DNA of 34,798 nucleotides from Chrysochromulina tobinii (lineage: Eukaryota), in assembly GCA_001275005.1 (NCBI GenBank), contig JWZX01002892.1:1-34798 (forward strand), given 5' to 3'. This document shows, piece after piece, positions 1-9,494 of this stretch (position 1 is its first letter; every line of letters starts with the position of its first letter). Below the pieces are notes generated by a model. The model worked only from the letters and a program-made list of their open reading frames with translations, searched no databases and was not told the DNA's origin. The translations under genes and the position numbers were made by a program.

Positions 1-490
1 ACCTGTATGTCGCGAGCGCGCGCATGCGTGAGATATGGAGGACGGGGTGTGTGGCGCGCACCGCAGAAACGCCCTCGACCACTCTTGCCGCCGCCGTCTC
101 AGCCGCCCTTGTTGCCTGGCCAAAATCGATTGGCGTGCCCTTGTCAGGCCCAAAAACGCCAAAACTCGTCGAAGAAAGGCCGCGCGTGCTCGACGCGCGG
201 CGCCGGCGGTCGCCAGGCTCTACCGACACCTTGGCCCGTCGGAACAGCCATCGCGCATGCCCCCGATCGCTCCCATCGTCGGCTTGGAGCCGTGTTGCAT
301 TGCCGTACTGTAGACTTCCTGAAAAAGGCACGATGTTGAAGCCCCAGTGCGCCGCGATGATCAAGAACAAGAAGATGGGGATGATGCCCCGACTCGGGGC
401 TATCCAGTGGTGCCGGTTGCGCCGAGATCTGCCCTCCCGATCGCTCGCGCCAGCGTTGGGCACCAAAGGCGGCGGAAAGGCGACCGCCAT
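1..490 (-). CDS. 5' part of a hypothetical membrane-anchored protein (runs off window start)
   Basis: Not in the ORF track because it has no stop in the window. ATG at 490 gives MAVAFPPPLVPNAGASDREGRSRRNRHHWIAPSRGIIPIFLFLIIAAHWGFNIV..., open to position 2. A basic stretch followed by one hydrophobic segment suggests a type II anchor. Confidence 0.6.
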   Translation of the reverse strand, partial: MAVAFPPPLVPNAGASDREGRSRRNRHHWIAPSRGIIPIFLFLIIAAHWGFNIVPFSGSLQYGNATRLQADDGSDRGHARWLFRRAKVSVEPGDRRRRASSTRGLSSTSFGVFGPDKGTPIDFGQATRAAETAAARVVEGVSAVRATHPVLHISRMRALATYR

Positions 491-491
491 T

Positions 492-533
492 TTGACTTGA
501 CTTGACTTGACTTGACTTGACTTGACTTGACTT
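492..533. repeat. (TTGAC)8 pentamer array in a ~93 bp divergent intergenic gap
   Basis: Eight perfect TTGAC copies read directly between the ATG at 490 (-) and the ATG at 584 (+). Confidence 0.95.
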
Positions 534-583
534 CCCGAAAACCGCGGCATCAGACGATTCGATGCTTTACCCAGCTCTGCGTC

Positions 584-1678
584 ATGCCCACTCGCTACGT
601 CTATGAAGACGCCCTGGGCGCCCGCGGGCAAGGCGAGCTTCGCTTCCTGAAACCGGCAGCCGTTGCGACCCTTGGAGGCTCGCGGCAAGAGACGCTCATC
701 GTGAGCGACACAGGCAACCATCGCCTGCAGCTGCTCCATCCGTCCGGACAGATGGTCCGGACAATTGGCGGTCCTACACTCACGCATGCCGACGGACGGA
801 CGATCAGCCCGGGATTGCGCTACCCAATGGGCGTCGACTCCGAGGACGACGGCTCCACCATCATTGTCAGCGACATGGCAAACCATAGGATCCTGCGCCT
901 GCGTGCCTCGGATGGTGCTGTGCTTGCCAACGCAACGAGCTGGCAGCAGACGTTTGGGCAAGTGGCGCAGCCCCTCCTTCGACCGCGTGGGCTCGCTCTT
1001 CACATGCAGCTTTGGCCCCCCTATGGCACACTCCCCATCCTCTTTGTTGCCGCCTCGGGTAACAATCGCATTGTCACGTATGCGCTTGCACCGCTGAGCC
1101 CTGCTACGATCGCGTTGCCCGGGGTGATCGCAACCGCGAGTGATGCGCGGATGATCCCCCTCATTTCCTTCGGCCAAAGCGGCAACGGCGCGAGCGACAT
1201 GGCGGAGCCGGCCGGCGTCTGTGCGGGCGTCCTCGCTGACGCGGAATTCGGCTTCACAACACGTGTCTTTGTAGCGGATCCGATACATAACCGCGTGCAG
1301 GAATGGCGCTTCCATCCGCAGCTGACCAACTACGAGCACGTGCACAACATCCTCGGCACGGAACCAGCGCTCTTCCAGCGCCCGTCGGCCGTTGCACTCC
1401 TTCCAGCCGCCGACCGACGCGCCGAGACCAGCAGGCTATTTGTAACGGAAAGCCAAGCTGGACGAGTTCAGATGCTCGATGCGAATGGCCACGCGCTGCA
1501 GGTGCTCGTCCCGCCGGCACGCGCGACGCTCGAGCGGTCCAATACGCGCCCTCTCGCCGGCATCGGCTTCGCCCGCCGACGCAACGCCGACCCGTCTGCG
1601 GATTCCCACAGGCTTATCGTGGCTGGTGGCGCGGGCTACAATCGGCTCTTTGTCTTCCGGCGCGAACGGTTTGCTTGA
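584..1678 (+). CDS. NHL-repeat beta-propeller protein
   Basis: Repeated NHL motifs: LKPAAVA..IVSDTGNHRLQ, LRYPMGVD..IVSDMANHRI, LRPRGLA..VAASGNNRI, EPAGVC..FVADPIHNRVQ, FQRPSAVA..FVTESQAGRVQ. First ATG at 584; intronless. Confidence 0.9.
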   Translation: MPTRYVYEDALGARGQGELRFLKPAAVATLGGSRQETLIVSDTGNHRLQLLHPSGQMVRTIGGPTLTHADGRTISPGLRYPMGVDSEDDGSTIIVSDMANHRILRLRASDGAVLANATSWQQTFGQVAQPLLRPRGLALHMQLWPPYGTLPILFVAASGNNRIVTYALAPLSPATIALPGVIATASDARMIPLISFGQSGNGASDMAEPAGVCAGVLADAEFGFTTRVFVADPIHNRVQEWRFHPQLTNYEHVHNILGTEPALFQRPSAVALLPAADRRAETSRLFVTESQAGRVQMLDANGHALQVLVPPARATLERSNTRPLAGIGFARRRNADPSADSHRLIVAGGAGYNRLFVFRRERFA

Positions 1679-2026
1679 GGGCTGGCTTCTGCGCTGGGCG
1701 AGCCGGCAAGCCGGCGAGGTCATCAAAAGGATGGTGTTTTCCGGTGTTCCAGTTATTTCCCCTGTCTCGTGTACAGCATGTTGAATGTTCCCGCCCGTGC
1801 TACACCCCGGGAGCATGCTGCCCCGGGAGAGGAAAACAGCAACACGTTCACGCCTCAATCCACAGCCCGTTCACACATCCATCGAGGAGAGGGCCAGGGA
1901 TACAGCACGTACGCGAGGGCGAGCGACGGTGCCGGTATCGCCGCGGAGATGCTGCTTACTTTGCCCAGGCCGATTCTGCTACGGGTGCATGCACTCTTCG
2001 TTGATCCGCAATCTCTAAATTGCAGC

Positions 2027-2899
2027 ATGGCCACATCAACAGCGTTGCGCTCCATCGCTCTCGAGGCTTCAGCACTCCGGAGAGCCGACCTGAGTCAAGG
2101 TACAGAGTCATGTGTCGTGCGCTGTGAGAATACAGTGAACGGTGAGCAATTTCCAGCTACGCCGTACGCCGCTGCGTGCTTCAGCACAGACTCACGGCTT
2201 TCAAGTGCAGTGATTCGTGGATGCAGTTGCGCAGATGCGCAGTGTGGCACGTTGGCATGCAGTTGTGCTTCTTCATCTGCATACGATGCGCACGGTCGGT
2301 TAATCTCCTTCGAGGTACCTGGCATCGTCGAGTGCTCCGAGCGCTGCCGTTGCGATGCACTGTGCTGCCGCAACCGCGTGGTCTCCCGCGGTCTACGAGT
2401 ACCGCTAGTCGTCTTCAAGACACGCGATCGTGGCTGGGGAGTGCGGTCTGAGTGGCCTCTGGAACGAGGCGAGTATGTATGTGAGTACGCCGGCGCGATC
2501 ATCTCGTCCGAGGAGGCGACGGCTCGGCAGGCACAGGGTGGTCACAACTATGTGATGAGCCTGCGTGAGCATCTCGCAAGCGGGCAGGTCTTCGTCACCT
2601 GCATCGACCCGACCGACAAAGGAAACGTAGGCCGCTACCTCAACCACTCCTGCGACCCTAATTTGGCCATCGTGCTGGTCCGTGCGGGCTCGTTTGTACC
2701 GCGTGCAGCCTTCTTCTGCACGCGCCCTGTGCCTCGAGGCGAGGAGCTCACATTCTTCTACGGCGACAGCGCGAGTACGCATGCGAGCAGCAAGCCTACG
2801 CCGCCGGAGGAGTTGCAGAACAAGAGCAACGCGGCGTCGCGGCGCATCTGCAGATGTGGAACGAAGCGATGCATGGGCTTCTTGCCGTTCGATGCATAG
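2027..2899 (+). CDS. Pre-SET/SET/post-SET histone-lysine methyltransferase (SETMAR/SUV39-like)
   Basis: Cys-rich pre-SET (GCSC..ECSERCRC..CRNRVV), RGWGVR, EYAG, GRYLNHSCDPN, ELTFFYG and post-SET CRCGTKRC. Start codon uncertain; the frame is open from 1769. Confidence 0.92.
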   Translation: MATSTALRSIALEASALRRADLSQGTESCVVRCENTVNGEQFPATPYAAACFSTDSRLSSAVIRGCSCADAQCGTLACSCASSSAYDAHGRLISFEVPGIVECSERCRCDALCCRNRVVSRGLRVPLVVFKTRDRGWGVRSEWPLERGEYVCEYAGAIISSEEATARQAQGGHNYVMSLREHLASGQVFVTCIDPTDKGNVGRYLNHSCDPNLAIVLVRAGSFVPRAAFFCTRPVPRGEELTFFYGDSASTHASSKPTPPEELQNKSNAASRRICRCGTKRCMGFLPFDA

Positions 2900-3586
2900 T
2901 GCCGTCCGCCACTGTCTTAGTATAAAGGCCCTGAGGTCCCCGGCAAGCCAGAGTACGGACAACCAACACGTAAGTGTAAAATGTTCGCCTTCTTCGTGGT
3001 CTATCTGTATTTCGGCCCTGCCGCGGCGCCGGGCACCCGCGGCAGCCGGCGCGATGTACTCTCGCCGCGGGTGTGCGTAAAGGGGTGCGAGATGTACAAA
3101 ACAAAGACGATGGACAAGTACGGTACGAGCCAAAAAAAACAGTGAAATCAAGCTGGATCTGAGCTGGATCCAGTCTCAGGGGCAATTACTCAGGGCGTCA
3201 GGGGCCCCTTCCCGTGGAATTAGGGTTTTGGACTGGTTTCTGAACTTGCCTTTTGAGTATGGGATTTCCACGTTCGATTCTGAAAGTTTTGAGCCCAGAT
3301 CTCATTGGGAGAGCAGTGGACACCTCATCTCTATAACATCTCTCACTACTCCTCCTACTACTTAAGTAGTTCACTACTACTAGAACTTAAGCAGTCACTA
3401 CTTCCCATGGTCTGTCGGTCTCGAGTTACAGAATGCCAGAATCTACGAGAGCAAAGCGGCGTCGCTAGTCGCGACACATCTGCAGATGTGGAGTGATGCG
3501 ATACAAGGGCTTTCTAGCCGTTGTGTGACTTGACTACGATAAGAGCTTCGGTCGAGGCTGTGGCCACGTCACCGCAGCCTTTTTCT

Positions 3587-5018
3587 ATGAAGAAAGGCGA
3601 TTCTCTCGTTCAGCGCGCGGCGCAAGCCCTTCGCGAGCGGGCACTACGGCCCGACGGAATCGTGCAGCGCCTATCGGATCGGATTGCGTTTCCGCAGCTG
3701 TACAAGCGCTACAGCGAAAACTTTCTCACACATGGCGAACAGTTTTTGAAGGGCGACGATGAGCTGCCACTGTTTGCACCCGGCGTGTGGCATGCGCCAC
3801 TCAAGTGGCGGCCGATACCAGGGCCGACGACCGTCAGCCTTTCTCGCGCCACGCTCACAACGACTGATACGGGCACGGCGATGCTGCGTGGCTTCTACGG
3901 TGGCTCCCGAGGAGATGTAGCCTTGCTTGCCGGTGTGAGCGGGGCAACGGAGAAGGCACCAGTTGGCGCCGGCGCGTGCGGTGTGGGCTCCACGGGCCAC
4001 TGGACGATTGACCTAGCACAGCATCATTGGCTCGAACTCAAGCTGCGCACCGGCACCCGGCGGTTCGAGATGGTGGTCCAGGCGGATGGCCAATGGGAGG
4101 GCAGCACGCGGCTCTGGCGTGCGATCATTCCGGCAGCTGAGTTGCCGAGCCCAGCAGCTGCCGCCAAGAGCAGTGCCGGCGGTGGCGTGGGCCGTGGCGC
4201 ATACGGCATCCTTGGCGTGGCCGCCGACGCGAGCGACGCCGAGATCCGCGACTCGTACCACACGCTAGTGAAGAAGCTTCATCCGGACGTTGCGGGCGGT
4301 AATGAGGAGCAATTCAAGCGCGTAAGTCGCGCGTACGGCCTCTGATGACCTCTGATGACCTCTGATGACCTCTGAGAAGCTCTGAGGACCTCTGATGGCC
4401 GATATGGCTATGTCTCTTGCGAGCAGGTGAGTCGCGCGTATGGGCTGCTTTCGGACGTGCAGAGGCGGAAGCGGTACGACGAGCTCGGCGCCTCTGAGGA
4501 CGACGCGGACGACGACGAGGCGCTCGACGATCTCGGACCTTGGAGATCGATCAAGGTGCCGTTCACAGCCTTCCGAGACCGCGGTTTCTATCAGAGGGCC
4601 GAGCACATCAGCGTCGTGTACTTGCTGCTAGCGGGCGAGTCGACCGGACCGTTCGCTCTCGAGATCGGCGAGGTCAAGGCAGGCCGGTGCGAGAAGGCCC
4701 ACCTGGACGGCGCCGGCCAGTGGGGCCACGTCTCTTGCGAGCAGGTGAGGACCTCTGATGGCCTCCTGGATTACCTCCTGGATCACTGCCTGGATGACCT
4801 CTGATGACCTCTGATGACCTCTGATGACCTCTGATGACCGATTGGGCCACGTCTCTTGCGAGCAGGGCCACTGCGAGTGCGGCTACTATAACGGGTTGCG
4901 CACGGAGGCTTTCGATGGGCCGCTGAAGCTGCAGTCCAACGGGCGCATTCGAGATGGCGCGCTCGAGTGGGGCTTTGCGGAGCACCACCTCAAAGAGGGC
5001 GAGTTTCACGACGGTTGA
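3587..5018 (+). CDS. CIA30-like domain protein with an internal DnaJ (J) domain; exons 3587-4321, 4427-4744, 4866-5018
   Basis: The J domain YGILGV..EIRDSYHTLVKKLHPD..QFKR|VSRAYGLLSD..RRKRYD is restored across GT-AG intron 4322-4426; second intron 4745-4865. Flanks resemble the two halves of CIA30 (IDLAQHHWLELKLR..; WRSIKVPFTAF..GPFALEI). Confidence 0.85.
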
Positions 5019-5453
5019 TCCGGCATAAATACGGTACATGGCGATGTAGTAATTCAGGTGCTGTACGAGGGTTGCCGCCACTCTCCGTCGTCGGAGTAAC
5101 CTGTCTTGTGGTTTTGAGATTGCGATAGCTATGACGCCAGCACCAGTCCGGTCCTCGTCAGATCTCAGAACTCGTCAGACGTCTCACGTCAGGAAGCGCC
5201 CTCTCAGCCCAGGACCCAGGTGACCGTGGGCAGCGGAGCCTGGGAGAGCCGTACTTTGAGACGGAGTGTGGTGAGCGCGCGCGGAGTGTGGTGTCCGCGA
5301 ACTTCGGGTGGAAAAACCAGCATTTCGAAGTCTTTGGAACCTTGGCGCAGCTTCTTCCACACCGACCCTGCCTGTGAGTTTGGGGCGAGCTGAAGGCCGA
5401 AGCGTCGAATGCGCCCCGCATATGAGGACACCTCGTTCTTGAGCGCCCCTGGC

Positions 5454-5973
5454 ATGCGACGAGGTTTGATGACGCTGCTGCTAGCGCTCAGCATCCACGT
5501 TGCTTCCCCGTTTCGGTGCGGATATGGAGCCGGGGGCTTCTCGATCACCGCTCGATCGCCACGGCCGATCGTCATGGCCGACAAATTACTGAGCGAGGCA
5601 CTACTCATCAAGATTGATGAAATACGTAAAACGATGGAAGCTGCGCAAGCACAGCTCACGCAAGCGCAGCAACAGTACGACGCGCTGTTGACTGAACTGG
5701 TCAACAGTCAACTGGTGGTACCTACGGACGTTGAAGCTCCAGTGGCCCCGGAGGAATCGGCAAAACAATTGCAATTACCCAGCCCACCACCGCGATCAGA
5801 ATTCAAAATCGAAATGCCGCAACTCGAACTACCCAGCCCACCGCCACCGTCGGCGCTGCAGCTGTCCGTGCCACCGACAACGAACATCACCGACTCTCAG
5901 GCCCCAGTGACGGCAGCACAACCCAGTGCAGAAACTGAGGAGCACCGTGCGGCGGCATGGCAAGCGTACTATC

Positions 5974-6012
<39 letters not shown>

Positions 6013-9000
6013 CGCAGCAGCAGGCGCAGCAGCAGCATCAGGCGCAGGCGCAACAGCAGCAGCAGGCGCAGGCGCAACAGCAGCAGCAGGTGCAGCAGCA
6101 GACAGCTTCGTCTCTGGCAGCAGAGGCCGCACCAACGCCGCTCGAAAGATTTCGTGCCAAGGCAGAGGCTGAGGCCGCTGAAGCTGCGGGCAGGGCGAAA
6201 GCTGAGGCTGCGACCACCGAGGCTGCGGTCAAGGCAGAGGCTGAGGCTGACGCAAAGTTGGAGGCAGCCTTCACCAGGGCCAGGGCGAAGGCTGAGGCGG
6301 AGTTGGAGGCAGCCAAAGCGGCAGCCGCCGCCGATGCAGCCGCCGCTGAGGCCTCAGCCTTTGCCCTGGCCCTGGCGACGAGGAGGGCGAAGGCGGAGGC
6401 CGAGGTGGAGGCAGCCAAAGCGGCAGCCGCCGCCGATGCAGCCGCCGCTGATGCCAGCGCCAAGGCGAAGGCGGAGGCCGAGGTGGAGGCAGCCAAAGCG
6501 GCAGCCGCCGCCGAGGCAGCCGCCGCTGATGCCAGCGCCAAGGCGAAGGCGGAGGCTGAGTCGGAGGCAGCCAAAGCGGCAGCCGCCGCCGAGGCAGCCG
6601 CCGCTGATGCCAGCGCCAGGGCGAAGGCGGAGGCCGAGGTGGAGGCAGCCAAAGCGGCAGCCGCCACCGAGGCAGCCGCCGCTGACGCAGCCGCCGCCAG
6701 ATCAGCCGCATCAGTACTGCGTGCGGCGCCGACGGAGCCAGTGGAGCCTCCGGCGCCAGTGGCGAACGCGAGGCCCGAGCCCGGAAGCTCAATAACGGGC
6801 GGTGGTGGCACCGTGATGAGTACCCTTGCTTCGTTGCAGGGGCCACCGATCTTTTGGGGCGTCGAGGGTGCCAAATTAGGATATGGCGTGGACGACATCA
6901 AAGGGTATGACAACTTTGGGAGATTTCTGGCCGCGTGCCGTGAGCACGGCGTAGACTTAGACAGTGGGGAGTATACGCTGCTGGCTCCGACGGACTCGGC
7001 TATTGCGGCTCACCTGAAGTACAAGGAGGTCACGATCAGCGCCGAGCTCTTGCGCTACCACCTGATCCCAGGTCGCAAGCTCCAAGCGGCGCTTACAGTG
7101 GATCAGACGACGGTGAATGGCGGAACGCTCAAGTATGAGCGGCGCTTTCGTAAGACGTGGCTCGGGGATGCTGTCATTGGGCAGGCTCCGTCTGACGTGG
7201 CGTGCAGCAACGGCATCATCCACGCCATCAGCGTCGTGCTTGTGCCGGAGGGCGCGGCGGCGGTGGGTAAAGGGCAGGGTGGCAGTGGCGCGGGTGCAAG
7301 CGCGGCGGCGGCGGGTAAAGGGCAGGGTGGCGATGGCGCGGGTGCAAGCGCGTCGGCGGCGGTGGCTTCATTGGCTGAGGAGGCAGCAAGGGCGGCTAAG
7401 GCGGCGTTTCTCGCCAAGTCGAGTGCACCATCGTGGGGCAAGAAGGCCGCTAGTGATTCTCTGTATGCACCGCCCACACCGCCCCAAGTCAATCTTCGGA
7501 CATCGCCTCTCCCGTCTCCTCCTACGCCTCCGTACGTGCCGCCCTCCATCGCGCCACTTGATCCAAATTTGGGAAGTCCTGGTGGGTTCGTCTCGTCGCG
7601 TGGCCGAGGTAACCAGGGTGGGCCGCCGCCCTCAGTGCCGGACTCATCATCTCCGCTCTCACAGTGGAGCTCATCGTCTCTATCCTCGCCTGATGGTGGC
7701 ATGCTGTCGTCTCGTGCTCCGGCGACCGGCAGTCCGAATATGGACAATCCAAGTATAGGCAGTCCAATCATGGGTAGTCCTCGTGGGTCCATCTTGTCGC
7801 AGGACCGAAGCAACCAGGACGGGCCGCAGCAGCCACCGCAGCCTGGCATGCCGCCGCAGTCCGGCATGGCGCCTATGCAGGGTGGCATGGCGCCTATGCA
7901 GGGTGGCATGGCGCCTATGCAGGGTGGCATGGCACAGCAGCCTGGGATGGCACAGCAGCCTGGGATGGCACAGCAGACTGGGATGACGCCTATGCAGGGT
8001 GGCACGGCGCAGCAGACTGGGGCTCCGTTCCCTTGGAACGGTGCGCTCGAGCAGCCGGGGATGCAGCGTCCGTCGACGCTTCCACCGACCGTGGGCGGTA
8101 GCGATGTTCCCACCCAAATGCCACAGGAGGCTGAGGATCCCTTCAGACGAGGACTCGAGGCGCCGGCTGCAGAGTACGGCGGCGGCAGCGGCGGTTACGC
8201 TCCACCACCGCCCACCACTAGCAGTAGGCCTCCGCCTATCGACAGCTCTCGTCGTGACCGCTCGCCTGGCATTCAGAACAACTTTTATGACGTCTCCACC
8301 TCAGATTTCAAGAAGTCGTACGGCTCATCTGGGGCATCTCCGCCGCCTCCAATGGATGGCGGCGCGTCGCCGCCGGGCGGCTACGGCGGTGCACCACAGC
8401 CGGGAGGTTATGGTGGCGCATCGCAGCCGGGCGGCTACGGCGGTGCACCACAGCCGGGAGGTTATGGTGGCACACCGCAGCCAGGCTATGGCGGTGCACC
8501 ACAGCCGGGAGGTTATGGTGGCACACCGCAGCCAGGCTACGGCGGTGCACCACAGCCGGGAGGCTATGGTGGCGCACCGCAGCCAGGCTACGGCGGTGCA
8601 CCACAGCCGGGAGGCTATGGTGGCGCACCGCAGCCAGGCTACGGCGGTGCGTCGCAGCCGGGAGGCTACGGTGCGCCACCGCAAGGCTACGGCGGCTATC
8701 CGGCGCCGGCTGGCGCAGGGGCCGGCCCATACAACGGCCGCCCTCTGCCTGCAACCGCCGGGGGGAGCTTTGGGTTCGGGGCGAGTACTCTTTCTATTCT
8801 CCCGCCGACTGAGCGACCTACGACGTCTTTCCAGACGGGCCCCCCTTCGCCTCCCCCTCCCAGTCGGACAAGCCCGAGCCAGTCCCCCGACACTGCTGGT
8901 GCCGGTGGCGGCAGCTCGGAGGAGTTGCCAGCACAGAGGATGCTTAACAGGTTGAAGGCGAAACCTGCTGACAAGTCGAAGGAGGCGCCTAGGAGGCCTA

Positions 9001-9089
9001 CGCCTCCGCCGGCGCCGCCGGTTGCCATGGAGCAGGGCGGCATGATTCCGTTCAAGCGGAGGCCCTTCACAGGGCGAGAGTGGCAGTAG
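5454..9089 (+). CDS. Fasciclin (FAS1) domain protein with bipartite-like presequence and long low-complexity regions
   Basis: FAS1 motifs YTLLAPTDSAI, LLRYHLIPG and DVACSNGIIHAISVVL. N-terminus is a signal peptide ending ASP-F followed by an R/S-rich transit-like segment. Also polyQ, Ala/Glu/Lys repeats and Pro/Gly/Gln/Tyr repeats; single 3.6 kb open frame. Confidence 0.85.
5976..6101 (+). repeat. Coding CAG-rich (polyQ/QA) repeat
   Basis: Runs of CAG interspersed with GCG within the FAS1 gene. Confidence 0.9.
6281..6690 (+). repeat. Coding ~60 bp tandem repeat (AKAKAEAEVEAAKAAAAAEAAAADAS-type units, some longer)
   Basis: About five near-identical units containing GGAGGCAGCCAAAGCGGCAGCCGCC. 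Confidence 0.85.
8374..8700 (+). repeat. Coding 24/27 bp GGYGGAPQP tandem repeat
   Basis: About 12 units of G(G)YGG(A/T)(P/S)QP. Confidence 0.9.
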
Positions 9090-9494
9090 CGCTTTCCTTT
9101 CAAGACCTGTGTGTCAGAAGTCACACAGACACACATTCAAATTCACACGCACACATTCACACCAGTGTGTGAACACGGGTTGCCATGAAATTGACAAGTC
9201 CCATGTTCTGACACTGATCATGCGGGCTTCCATCTCTACGACCTCGGAGGTTTTTCGGAAAGTCCTCACAGCTGACCTTTCTTGCTCTTGTCCTCACACG
9301 CTTCATCGTTGACTCGTGTGAACCCGTTTTTTTCTAACGAAAATCCAGGCCGTCGCTCATCCACGAGCGGCGACGTTGGGAAATTCATTTCCAAAAGTCT
9401 AGCACGAGCCAAGCTTCATCGCGCCTCGCCGCCTGCACTCGCCGCCCTGCTTGCGCCGCACGAACGGCCTGTGGGGCCAGTGCGAGACCTCGAG

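Noticed and set aside
1806..1828. CCCGGGAGCATGCTGCCCCGGG hairpin
   Set aside because: Short GC-rich palindrome expected by chance; no other support.
2027..2899. SETMAR-like gene as a transposase fusion
   Set aside because: The ORF stops right after post-SET; no mariner transposase is seen downstream.
3180..3420. B-box-like GTTCGATTC at ~3272 in an AT-richer intergenic block
   Set aside because: No pairing T-stem, acceptor stem or convincing A-box; cannot call a tRNA or SINE.
4342..4345. In-frame TGA after VSRAYGL (and after VPQMPSH at 27632) as selenocysteine or readthrough
   Set aside because: The TGA lies inside predicted introns, and splicing restores the domains without recoding.
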